This document shows positions 11,446-23,694 of a stretch of 64,000 nt of DNA, piece by piece. The stretch comes from Carcharhinus amblyrhynchos. Taxonomy: Eukaryota. Position 1 is the first letter of the stretch, and every line of letters begins with the position of its first letter. The stretch covers positions 44,392,001 through 44,456,000 of the forward strand of contig OZ336889.1 in assembly GCA_965287045.1 (NCBI GenBank). Reading direction: 5' to 3'. The translations under genes were made by a program, and so were the position numbers. The notes under the pieces are model-generated. The model saw nothing but the letters and a program-made list of their open reading frames with translations, made no database searches and had not been told where the DNA came from.

Positions 11446-14400
11446 GTAAGTACGGACGTCAACATGAAGTAACGCTTATTTTTTTCACATTATCTGCTTT
11501 TGCGCTTGTGTTTTAACGAACCTGAATTGTAAGCTATATTCAACATTTCACAGTGTGTGACTGACAATACTTTGCATTTCACCAGGTTCAATTGCGGATC
11601 CTGTCCTGACCCAAACAGGATCCATTTCGTCCTCACCGGGAAAGACCGTCACCATCACTTGCACCCTGTCCGGAGGCACCATTGGCAGCAACTGGGCGAG
11701 CTGGTACTGGCAGAAACCCGACAGCGCCCCTGCGCATGTTTGGTCCGAGTACAGTAGTCTGGCTTCGGGTATTCCGAATCGATTCGCCGGGTCTGTGGAC
11801 TCATCAAGAACGAAGATGCATTTAACCATCACCAACGTTCAAACGGAGGACGCTGCAGATTATTACTGTGGTGCTTGGCCCAGCGGTGTAAATAGATTCA
11901 TTTTCGGGAGTGGAACGAAGTTGAATCTGGGCAGTAAGTAAATCACTTAACTCTCCTCTAGCATTTGTGACGCTTTCTAATTAACAAAATGGACTTGGAA
12001 ACGGTCGGATAGGTGGACTGAATTCGTGCAAATCAAAATGATTGCTTCTAAAGTATTGTTATGGGGGATCTTTGATTCAGCAAGAATTGATACTGCAGTG
12101 ATTGCTGGGCTCAGAACTTCGGCGATTTTCTGGAATGTGTGCTGTTGTGTGATAGGGTAAAGGGGCATTTAATTACGAGTGAAACTCATTTCACTGGAAG
12201 CTTCCGGTCTGATCTGCTGGGACTGTGCAGAATTTTGAACCATCTGATCCAGCCGGCAGTGCGAGGAGATGATTGAGAATGCGATTGCTAGAAAGATGGA
12301 ATGTTTCCCTTCGCTTAGCCAGTGTTCGGAGTGGAGTGCCCCAGCTGTATGAACACTGCGAGCGGAACTATAATTAGCAAGACGATAAACATTTCCAAAG
12401 TGAAAAAACAGTCATGCAAATGAGCTAAATGCGGAAGTGTGTACAAGCTACAATCGGCCACTTAGTGGGGTCTATAATTCCATGATTGTATGAAGGGACA
12501 CAGTGATTCAGGTTCTTTCATACTCTGCCCCTGTAGTCTGGTTTAAAGGGTTAGAATTGCATTCAAAGCGTCCACATCAGGCTGTTTCATTCCATTTAAA
12601 GCAAAATTGCATTATATCTGCGGAATGATAGTGTGGTGACTGGGTGCGACTGACTCCCACTGGTCCCCAAACTCACTGAAAATCGTTCAGTACAAGATTC
12701 TGAGCCTAATATTTTGCATTAATCCCGCGTGTGCAAAATAACCATATTGTTGCCGGAATTCCGCCCGTAATAACCGACCCTGATTGTTACTGGATCACAC
12801 AGTAACAAACATCAATGATGTGCGGAATATTTGCTTTCTTCGGAAATTACGGTTCATTTTCTTCCCATCCAATCACTTGTTTTGGAATGTCTCGGAAAAG
12901 GTTGTCAGGTTTTTGAGTATTGTTGTGGACTCGTTCAGATTGTTGTTGGTTCTGTGACTGTCAGTTAGTAGTAATAGAACAAAAGATGGAGATTACCGCC
13001 AATATGATTGATTCATGGGATCTGATCAGAAAGGTAACATTCATTTCACCACCTCCATCTCCCCCGCATAATATCCACGGATAAAGTGACGGTGAGCCGC
13101 ATTATCAAACCGATGTTGCCCATGTGTCATAGGTACACCGCAGAGCTGTTAGGAAGGGGGTTAAGAGATTTTGGCCAGGCGACAGTGAAGGAAAGGCGGC
13201 ACAGTTCTACTTTTGTATGCTATGTGGCTTGTTGGGGATTTACCATTTGGTGTTGCAGCCGTGCATCTGGTGCCCGTGTGTTGGTCAAGTGGAAGACATG
13301 GCTGGTTTGGAAGCTGTTGTCGGAGTTCCGGCAGTGTGCCTTATAGATATCCACACTGTAGCTCCTGTGCGTCAATGAGGGAGAAAAGCAATATCATATA
13401 TTCGCAGAATCATACAATGGTATATCTTTGCAAAACTGTTGCAATCTGCTTGGCCAATCGTGTCTGCACTGGTTCACCAGGAACAATCTAACATTTATTC
13501 ATTAGCCTTTAAATTACACATTCTATGTTCGTTTAAGTGACCATTAATTTGCCAATAACAGCCTCTCCGGCAGTAGGTTCCCCATCCCCTAAACCCTCTG
13601 GGTGAAACTATTCCCTTCCAATCTCCGCTAAACCTTCTACTTCTAACGACAAATCCAAGTCCTGTTCTCATCGACCCCTCAACCATTGGCAATACTGTTT
13701 TCCGATCCATTCTGCCCAGACACCTCAGAATATTATGCCTTCAAATGGATTTACTTTCAGCCTCGTCTGTTCCGAAGAAAAGGGACAATTCAATACTCAC
13801 TTATAACTAAATATTCCATTCCAGCCGACATCCCTCTAGATCTCCCTGTACTCGTTCTCGTACAATTACATTTTTCCTATGCATCTTTCCAGCAGTTTCA
13901 GCATAACCTCAAAGTTCTAACAATCTCAACCTCAGCTTATAAATGTAAATGCCTCCTATGCCTTCTTTGCTACTATATCCAGTTACTCAGCCGCCTTCAG
14001 AATCTGTGGACCTGCGTTTTCTGTTCACTAATTTTCTCTACATTTCTCGGCATTTTCCCATCTGTACAGTGTACTCGCTTGTCTTGTTGGTCTTCCTGAA
14101 GTGCAGTTCCTCACACTGTTCGGCATTTAATTCCATTTGTCGCCGGTGCACTAATCTAACTAGTCCATTGTCTTCCTGCATTATCCAGCTTTCTTGTTCG
14201 CAACCACACTGCCAAATTTGTATCACCGAACATCAATCATGCAGGCATTCATTGATATACGGACCCTTTGTTCCCTGCCTCTGAGCCAATTTCGGATTCA
14301 ACCTGTTCATCCTATGTGTGAACTTAACAAGGGCCTTGCTAAAACCCATGTAGACTATGCCAAAAATATTGCCATCATTCACCGCTCCATGCTGCCTGCT

Positions 14401-16538
14401 CAAAAATACCAATTAACGCTATGGGGTGAGATTTTCCGGCAGCAAAGCCGTGATCGCTATATTTGATTATGCCGCGTTTATTCCATTAGTTCTCCCTTCA
14501 GTGAGGTTAGGTTCACTGGTCTATAATTATGCCACCCGCCTTTCGCCCTTTGACAATTTCATCTCTCTTCCTGCCTCCGAGAGTCAAACCTGCTCCGGGC
14601 CCGTCTGGAAAACTGTGGTCAGGGTCTCTTCCCTTCTCAATCTTACTTTCCCTTTTTTATTACTTGCTTCTTCAAGTCAATTGTTTACTGGGCTATACTA
14701 CGGTGAATTGGACAAGCATGAGGCAAAAAGGGAAAAAATGCTTTTGAATATTTGAGTCATTACTTTAAGAAATTAGATCTGGTGAAAATGCCGGTGTAAA
14801 AATAATTCACTTAAGTCCACTAAATAGAAGTCGATCTTCACACTTGCTCATCGGTGCCAACATTTGAGATGATCCAGCGAAACTCTCGGGGGCGCAGGAA
14901 GAAGATACCAGTTTTGAACTAAGGGCTTGCGGCATTTGTCTGCCGACTCAGTTTCAACATCCAAATTACCGACAGCGACAAAACCCATATTGCTGTTGCA
15001 GCCGACATGATACCTCAATGTCAGGGCGAAGTGTAAAAGGTTCGCCTGATACTTTTAGTTTGAAATGGATATTTATGTCTGAACCCTTTCTTCGAAGCCT
15101 TACAATATATTAACGTATTTACTGAGCGTTTCCCCATTGACTGTGATAGATGGTAACTTAAGCGGTAAACGGTCACTTGAAGAGACAAGATTCTGATACA
15201 ACGCCCTTTCAGCTTTGCGAATATCGACTAATGTCAAAGGAACGAAAATGCAAACCTGCATTGACTTAGCGCCGACCACGGCCTCAGAACATCCTCACAA
15301 TTAAGTGTTTGTGAAGTAGAATCATTCTTCCAATGTAAGAATCATGGCTCCCTACCTTAGCACAGAAAGATCTCACAGTCCATCTGCTTTGACGACAAGG
15401 TGTGAGGGATAAATAATTATGAGGACATGTTTGATTTATTACTGGCCTTTTGAGGGTGTCATTAAGTTATGTTGTTATATATTAGTATTGTTTACAATAT
15501 TTATTAGAAACTCTTCCTCTTAGCTGCAACAAATCGTTTGTGACACTCCACTCCGAAAAGATGTCTCCAAACATTTCCATTGCGACAGGGAGATATTTGT
15601 TAAGATTTACGCTGCATCGTTACTGTTGGTCTGGGCGGGACACGGGGTGAAGCCGTGGCGAAGAATGTTCACAAACCCAAATATCAGTCCAGTATGGAGG
15701 ACTTGCGTCAGAGAAATAAATGGTGACCGAAGCAAACAATCGATTTCATTGTTTAGAATCGAGGTTTTGGAGTTGCAAACTACAGAAATGTAGCCGTCAG
15801 CATAGGTTCCAATATTGACCCCAAATTCTGAGTGATTAGTGTTATTCTGAAATTCTCAGTGTTCGCGACATTGGCTCGGGCTGCGTTGCCTCAGGTCACA
15901 AGTGGATGCATTGAATCTTCCTTCCTATTTTTCTCTTAAATATTTCAAACTCCACTATTTCCTTTAGATCAGATTTTACTTGTATGTTCCTGTCCTTTCA
16001 GGGAAAAAAGGAAAACCATCTCAGGTTGTGTATGTTCTAGAAACAGAATCCCGGCCTTCTTGCATTTGGCATCAATAAGATTCCAATGTACAAAATCTAT
16101 ACATTCTTGTAGAATAATGCCGACTTAAAAAAAACAATTTGAAGAAGGTGGAACAATGACTCAGTCATTTATGCTGATTTTTAATGGATGTGCGATCCTT
16201 GTCTCTACTTTCCAGGTCCACGGAGCCCCACTGTGTCTCTCCTTCCGCCTTCATCGGATCAAATCACAGCGAAGAACATGGCGACCCTGGTGTGTTTGGT
16301 GAGCGGTTTTAACCCGGGAGCTGCGGAGATTGAATGGACTGTCGATGGCAGCGTCAGAGGGAATGGGATTGAGACCAGTCGGATCCAGCAGGAGGCGGAC
16401 AACACGTTCAGTGTGAGCAGTTATCTGACTCTGTCAGCCTCAGACTGGAACTCACACGAGCTTTACTCCTGTGTGGTTAAACACGAGACTCAAGCAAACC
16501 CGCTTCAAACAAGCATCTCCAGATCCAGCTGTACCTGA
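11397..16538 (+). CDS. IGL: Ig lambda-type (type II) light chain gene 1, germline-joined; join(11397..11445,11586..11933,16216..16538), 239 aa
   Basis: Three exons with GT-AG phase-1 introns total 720 nt in one open frame: signal peptide, V domain (C...WYWQ...YYC), J motif FGSGTKL, and a C1 domain with penultimate Cys. Confidence 0.95.
11586..11933 (+). CDS. Fused VJ exon, gene 1 (DPVLTQTGSISSSPGKTVTITC...YYC-GAWPSGVNRFI-FGSGTKLNLG); missed by the ORF track
   Basis: Translated by hand from acceptor ttcaccag| to donor A|gtaagt: no stops, both Cys and the Trp present, no RSS between V and J. Confidence 0.95.
12340..12440 (+). promoter_or_regulatory. Candidate J-C intronic enhancer: CAGCTG, AAAGTGAAA, octamer ATGCAAAT (12414-12421), GCGGAAGTG
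   Basis: Cluster of B-cell factor motifs ~0.45 kb after J; function inferred only. Confidence 0.5.
13470..14470 (-). mobile_element. CR1 relic inside the J-C intron of gene 1
   Basis: RQMELNAE.CEELHF (WQMEFN.EKC-like), MDFSKAL. Confidence 0.7.
16216..16538 (+). CDS. Light-chain constant exon, gene 1
   Basis: PRSPTVSLLPPS...ATLVCLVSGFNPG...W...FSVSSYLTL...YSCVVKHE...SSCT; acceptor tttccag|. Confidence 0.96.
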
Positions 16539-16591
16539 TCCATGCATCGAAAGTGTTTTTGTACTTTGCCGTTAGTAAAGTTTTATTTCTA

Positions 16592-16738
16592 AATAAATTC
16601 GGCAAATAGTGGAACATTTCAAACAGTTCATCACAGTTTGTAGCAGATCGGCTGATTCCCTTAATTTCAATTTAACTGTGTTCACTCTGAATGGATCAAA
16701 GCTTCAGTGTGATGTCACTGATACCGCTGCGTAATAAA
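16592..16738 (+). terminator. Two AATAAA polyadenylation signals, gene 1 (16592-16597, 16733-16738)
   Basis: Both are conserved in all three genes; the second is followed by a T-rich stretch. Confidence 0.7.
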
Positions 16739-18039
16739 ATCATTCTACCGTTATCGCGACTAATGTTCTGTTATTCTCTCTCTTCCCCTGAAAAACAATT
16801 AATGGTAACATTCTAAAAGGAATTAAATAGTGAGATTATATCATTGTGATATTCTGCACATTTTATTTAAAGTCAGTGACATCCAGGCGCAGCAAGGAGA
16901 CGATGGATGACATTAAATTGAAGTAATATTGCAATATTTTTTAATGGACTGAGTTACATTCTGGTATTGTGATGAAAGGGCAGAACTGCGAGTACAGATT
17001 ACAAAAATACATTAAAGGGCAGACAGTTCTTCACCTCCTGGTTCCAAAAATTCAGGACAAACTCTGTCACTGCCCCATTTTTTAATACACCAGATGCAAT
17101 GCAAGTTCTGGTACTGCCAGTCATTTTTTAGTAAGCTCACCGATTATTTTAATTGGCCTATAATGATTATACTGAAGCAGGCGCTTTACTAACAAGTCAC
17201 CCAAATGCATTTTCAGTGACTCAAACCAGTTCAGGACCAAGTCTGTTTTTTTCATATAATTCCTCTTCATACGAATAACAAAGTCGATAGGACACCCCTT
17301 TGATACATCGTTGTTTTATTTCTTCAGTTATATTTGGGCTTGCAAGACATAAATTGTTAAAAGTAGCAAGAAGTTGTGCAGTTGGTAACAAGTTCAAAAA
17401 ACGGTTCTGGTGCACTTACAGATGAACAAGATAAAACATTCGGGAATTTATTAGACTTTTATAGAATTGTACTCATCTATGGTCTACATACTTCAAAAAT
17501 GATCTTGTAGGATATGAGAAAGTGGAGAAATTATTTGCCAGATTTTTACTAGAATTGGGGCTATGTACCTATTAGGGAAACGAATGTGTTGAGCTGATTT
17601 CGCTGAGAAGAGGATGCGGGGGTGTAATAGGCGGCTTTAATGTCAGGAAAAGGTGTGATACGGTAACACAGAGAAAGATTTCCAAGTGTGAGTTAGTCTG
17701 AAACAGTGAGACATAAAAGAGACGCAGCGACAGAACAAATCAATAATTTATTTGAATGTATAGGTCGGGAATTTGCTGTGGGCAGGAGAAAGTACAAGGT
17801 TTTGTGCTCTGATTGGCTGAATAAGACAATATAGATTCCTGAGGATCATTTATCACATCACGGAAACCCTACAGCACAGAAGGAGGCCATTCCGACCATG
17901 GAGTCTGCATCAACCGCAATCCCACCCAGGCCCTACCCCTATATCCCAACATATTTTACCCACTAGTCCCTCTAACCTACCCATCCCAGTACACTAAGAC
18001 GCAATTTTAAGCATGGCCAATGGAACTAACTCGCACTGG

Positions 18040-18612
18040 GTTTAGAAATGGGCAAGTCACGTTGCGGATTAATAGAACCTTAGTTAGGCCACACTTGAAA
18101 TATCGTGTCCAATTCTGGTCGCCACACTACCAGAAGGACATGGAGGATTTGGAGAGGGTACAAAAAATTTCCCAGGATGTTGCCTGCGATGGAGGGCATC
18201 TGCTATGAACAGAGTTGGAGAAACTTGTTTTGTTCTCACTGGAAAGACGGAGGTTGAGGGATGACCTGACAGAAGAGTACGAGGGGCATGGACTGCGCGG
18301 ATCATCAGATGCCTTTTCCCAGGGTGGAAGAGTCAATTACTAGAGGACACATGTTTAAGATTCGACGGGCAAGGTTTAAAGGAGATGTACGAGGCAGAGT
18401 TTTCACACAGAGGGTGATGGGTGCCTGGAACTAGTTGTTCCGGGAGGTAGTGGAAGCAGATACGGTAGTGACTTTTACGAAGCGTCTTGTCAAACACATG
18501 GATAGAACGGGAGTAGAGGGATATGGTCCCTGGGGGGTAGGGGGTTTTAGAGAAGTCGAGTAGCATGGTTGGTGCAGACTTGGAGGGCCGAAGGACTGTT
18601 CCTATAAGGCAA
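18040..18612 (+). mobile_element. CR1 3' end, unit 2
   Basis: Paralogue of 412-985. Confidence 0.8.
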
Positions 18613-21214
18613 TTTTCTTTCTTTTTTGCTCTCATAATACAATCGAGAAAAAATAGGGAATACAGTTTTTATCGAGGGAAGTTATTTCGGAGTGAAATGA
18701 AGAAACACTGCTTCGCATGCATCATAGTTGACTCGGATGTTTTTCTCATATATCCCCTCATTTCGGTCATAACTCATTTTATTCATTAGACCCATGTTGA
18801 CCATGTTTCCACTAAATTACTGACCATCGAACTCTTTTTTTTTGCCCCTACTTTGGTTGATGTCACTAACTGCTATCTCTCCTCAGATACTGTTCTTACT
18901 TTCACACCGATTACAATCAAACTTCTCCTTGAAACCAGACTTGTTCCTCTTTCCATGTGAGCTGCTACCGATTTTCAGTTAACATTTCCTCTCTAAACTA
19001 CTTGAAGATATTACCGATCCCAAATCCATAATATTGTTCCATCAATTCCAGCATTGAATCCCCACAATCGCGTTTCTGCTTCTGCCACAATACTGATATG
19101 TCCCTTATCAAAGTTACATTCTATTCAACTGCAACGACAGCAAACTGTTACTGTTTTTTCCAGTTTTAAAGGTTTTTTTGCAGTTTCTTTATTATTGTCA
19201 CAAGTAGACTTACAGCTATCGGTTGCAATCCAAACTGCAATTACTGTAATGAAGTTACTGTGAACATTTCCTAGTCGCCACACCCCGGCACCTGTACGGG
19301 TACAATGAGAGAGAATTTAGCGTCGCAAAAGCACCTAATCAGCCCATCTTTCGGACTGTGGGAGGCAACGGAGCACCCACACAGATATGGGAAGAACGTG
19401 CAGACTATGACCCAAGCCGGGCATTGAAACCGGGTTCTTGGCGCTGTGAGGCCGAATTTCTAACCACCGTGACGCCCTACTGCTTCTTCTTTTTGCATTG
19501 GCGTCGCTCTTTGACACGATTCCACACACGATCCAACAATTCTCCATCGTTAATCAGTTGCTTGGACCTATTGTCATGATCTGGTTCCATTGTTATTTAT
19601 CAGATAATATCCACAGAATTGTCTGCAATGGCTTCTCTTCCTGCTCCCATGCCAGCAACTCAACAGTATGTCCCTGGCCCCATTCTTTTTCCCATCCACA
19701 TGCTTCCCCTTGTCGGCATCATCTGAAAGCACATCAGACTTTTTATGCACTCTGAAAGCACGTAGCTCTATCTCACCATCGTGTCACAAACAATTCTACT
19801 GTGATGATCAGAAATCTCCTCCAACTATTGAGAGGAATAAATTCGTTGCGCGGCGAGGGTCACTTTGATCCTATTGAGGCTCTTAAGTGACCTATTACGA
19901 ATCAGTCAAGTGCTTCGTCCTGTCCGCACTATAATTATTCTCCTGGCTGGGACCGGACTATGTCAAGACAATAATCTAACAGACGGAGCTTAGTGTTGGT
20001 GCCCGGCAAGGGGAACCCCACCAATTCCCTCAGTGGGATTTGCAAATCGGCTGCACCAAAGCCCCAAAAACCTCTGTTATTTGGCCTACATCAGGTTTCA
20101 TCTTTCGAGACCAGTTGTAATCCGAACTGTCGCCACCGCTCCAACCTACAGTGTTGCTGCACTAACGGTTGGCCGTCAGTCCTCTGAGGTGGTAACTCCT
20201 CCGCAGAAGGGTGTGCATGTCTTGCCCATGGCTGATTTCTGCCCCCACCATATATCCAATGACTGCGGAGCACACAGAATGAGCGGGGAAGTGAGTTGGC
20301 GGAGCAGACAAACCGACTCTCCCAAAGACCCTGCCCTTGCAACTGGAGGCTCCAGCCGGATGTTTGCCCTGGCGGTGAAATCCAGATTCGACTCAGGATC
20401 TGTCGACAATTGTTTAGGATAGAACAAAGAGAAGTGACGATGGCCAGTTAATCCAAGGCATTCTCTCGCCATAATCTTTCAATTGTTCTTAGCTTCAAAC
20501 GTAATTTCTAATGACATTTAGAAGAGACTTCTGAATATTTTCCGTCATCATTTAAACTTTTGCATTCCTAATCATAAAAACTGGCTATGTAGCTTTATGT
20601 CCCCAAAATATGTGTACATAGAAAGGATAAACAGCTGGTTCGCTCCAAAGGGAAACACAATTGATAAATGACTTCGTAACCTTATATTGAGCTCAGTTCC
20701 CAAACATTTCACAGAAGAATACAACACAAAAATACCATTGACCCAGTGTACTCTTTGAAAGAGCTATCCAAGTCATCGCACTCCAGAGCTCGATTAGCAT
20801 TTCATGGAGACATCGGTTTCATTAATCTATCCCATCTTCATCCTGAAGTTATAATTGGATTTGTTTCCTATGCTCTTCCAGTGACATTCAGATCAACAAA
20901 ACTCATTGCATACATTTTCATCCGGCACCTTTGGAGGCGCAATTTTCATTCTGTTTCTGTCTCCACAGATGCTTCCAGACCAGTTGATTTGTTTCCCGAA
21001 TACTCTGGGGTTTTTTAGTTACTTCTTGCCTTTGGCACTTTGACACAGTGCTTAGCATTGCGAATTCTCCCTTCGTGTACCCAAACAGTTGCCGGAGTGT
21101 CGCGGCTGGGGGATTTCACAATAATTTTATTGCGGTGTTAATGTACGCCGACTCGTGACACGAATACATCAATTTCAAATTGTAAAGTTAAACGATAAAA
21201 AAAATTCAAAGAGT

Positions 21215-22008
21215 GGGCGACATCCGATAGAAATTGAGTCTGGGGAATTTGTGGCGAACAAAAGGATTGCAGGTGAAGAGAACAGGCATTTTGCTTTAGT
21301 CTTCATTGTAGAGGAGACAACTTGCATGTAGAAATAGCTGTAGAGCAGGAAATTCGAATGACATTAAGAACGTTGTTGAAGATGTCGGTTGCTAAGTCTT
21401 CAGATCCTGATGGCTTTCACCCAAAGGTCTTCAAAGAAGTGACAAATGAGATAATTGAAAAATTCGTTTTAATGTTCCAAAATTCCCCAGATTCTGGGAA
21501 GCCTTCGTCAGATTGCAAAAAGCGACCATAGTACCTTAATACAATAGGAAGAAACGACCTATAGCAGGAAACAGCATATGTTAACTGAACAACGCCAGTT
21601 AGCTGAACATGTGACATATAAGGAAAATGTTAGCAGCGGTTATTAAGGTTTGATAGCAGGGCACATAAGTAAAATCACGGTTATCAGATAGAGCCAACAC
21701 AGTTTTGTCAAACGGAAGTCATGTTCAATCAATTTACTGGAGTGATCTGAAGAAGTAGCAAGCTGTGGATAAAGGGGAGCAACTGGATGTACTGTGTTTT
21801 CCAGTAAGCATTTAATAAGATGTCACAGCAAAGGCTATTGCGGAAAATGAGAGTTTATCGTGTGGGGTCATGGACAGAAAATTTGCGAGCGAACACGAAA
21901 CAGAGAGTAGGCAAAAGAGACAATTTTCTGATTGGCAAGATGTAAGGGATGGTGAGCTACGCTGATCAGTGCTGTGGCCTCAACTCTTTACAATTTATAT
22001 AAATAATG
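21215..22008 (+). mobile_element. CR1 RT fragment, unit 2
   Basis: Paralogue of 2770-3562. Confidence 0.7.
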
Positions 22009-23694
22009 GTATATTTTCAGTATGGTACCAGGTATGTTCTAACTGTCTGCTATGTTTTACATGCGCTCTGATATTCGCCTCTTCTTCCCCCAAATTCCTT
22101 CACTCCTGGCCTCTAATTCTCATCTCTTCATACCTCCGTAAATGAAAAGAAAACTTGCGCCACTGCCGCTTTGGCCTTTCTTCGTTGTTATTTTTGGAAC
22201 CATTTCAGGTGAACAGGCTTTTTCCGTGACACGTAAACCAATCTGGAATGGAGATTCATTATCAATAGAACTGCTAACAGCGTGTCACCAATATGGCCGG
22301 TCATGTATTATGCATATGTTTCCCTAATAGCACAAATGTCTTTGATTTGATTTAGTTTGATTTATTACTATTTTATATAATAGCATAGATTGACAAGTAT
22401 TCTTTCTTACATGCATTTCCGACAAAGCATACCGTTCATAGTGAAGGAAAGGAGAGAGTGCAGAATGTAGTGTAACAGTCATAGCTAGGGGTAGAGAAAC
22501 ATCAACTTAATGCGAGTTCGGCGCATTCAGAAGTCTGAGGGCAGCAGGGAAGAAGCTGTTCTTAACTTGGTTGGTACGTGTCCTCAGACTTCTGTATCTT
22601 TTTCGCGATGGAAAACGTGGAGTCACAATTGTACTCAGTAAAGATGCCAGATTTCCTGTCGGGAATGATTTTAATAAAGCGAATGTTTTTTTTTTCAGCA
22701 ATTCAGTAGTTTCATGGTTAACATTATTATAACTGGTTTTGTTCAAGATTTATTGCCAGATACCATGATGGGATTTAGAATCATTGCTTGTTCCAGGATT
22801 CTGCAAAACTAATCCGGCAATTAGTCGCCGGTCTACATCTTCCGACACGCTTTACAGTGTTAGTTCCTGCTCCCTTGTTTGAGGCTGCGCCTGCGCCTGC
22901 CTTTGAAGCATTTGAAATGCATCATAACAGTACGGATCGGATTTACGCTTAATTTACTAGAGACTGAACACTGCTTCACCCAACACAGCAGTGCGGATAA
23001 CCCTTATGTAGGAATGGTGTTTTCTTTCTTCAAAATTGCTACCAGAACTCCCGAATTTGTCCTGAATTTTGTGTTATAATTATCATTTCATTCTCCCTGT
23101 TTTCTCCTGGACTATGCACAATAGATGAAAGAAGTCGAAACTGAATTCCAATGATCCTGTGCGCGTGTTGCGGCTGAACCAGCAGATGGCAATATTGTAC
23201 TTGGTATACCAAGGACCGTGTTATTCCATGAGGTGTATTCAAAATATCAATTCCTGGCAAAATACGTGGACACTTGGAAAATAGGGATTTGGACATGAAA
23301 GTCGTTTTCAGAATATTCTCATTAGGTATTGTCAATTAATTTGGATGTTTCATGAGTTCCCCTTTTTAATGGTGAATGTCCATAATATCAGATAATCCGA
23401 ATGATTAGAAACAGTAAGAAACCAGTGTCACTAAATGTGTTACTATCACTTCCTTTCCTGCGTCATTCACTAAAGATAATGCTGACAGCGCCACATTAAT
23501 GGATCCGAAGGTTCAGAAATTTGGTAGGATAAAAATAGACAAAAAGGGCGCAAGTACGAATCATACGATCATATGAATTGGAACGAAATTCAGGCCGAAG
23601 ATCGTGACTCATGAGACCGTGGGCTCGACCCCACATTCGGTCTGCCCCTATGGTCTTTGGGTCCCTTTTCAATCAGAAATCTATCGAATTCTGC

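Larger units (their letters stand above)
1..17627 (+). repeat. Tandem segmental duplication unit 1 (~17.6 kb; arbitrary phase set at window start)
   Basis: The sequence at position 1 (taggcggctttaatgt) recurs at 17628, 35099 and ~51953, and landmark order is the same in every unit. Confidence 0.95.

Noticed and set aside
11549-11555. Perfect RSS heptamer CACAGTG in the leader intron of all three genes
   Set aside because: No nonamer at 12 or 23 bp (an ACAATACTT lies only 8 bp away), and it sits on the wrong side of V.
12499-12505. CACAGTG in the J-C intron as a possible deleting-element RSS
   Set aside because: No nonamer-like sequence at either spacing.
14882-14897. Second CTCF-like motif (ctctcgggggcgc) in the J-C intron
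   Set aside because: Three mismatches in the 5' half of the core.
16188-16215. N-terminal MCDPCLYFPG of the ORF-track C proteins (also 33659, 50512)
   Set aside because: Intron polypyrimidine tract read in frame; the exon starts after tttccag.
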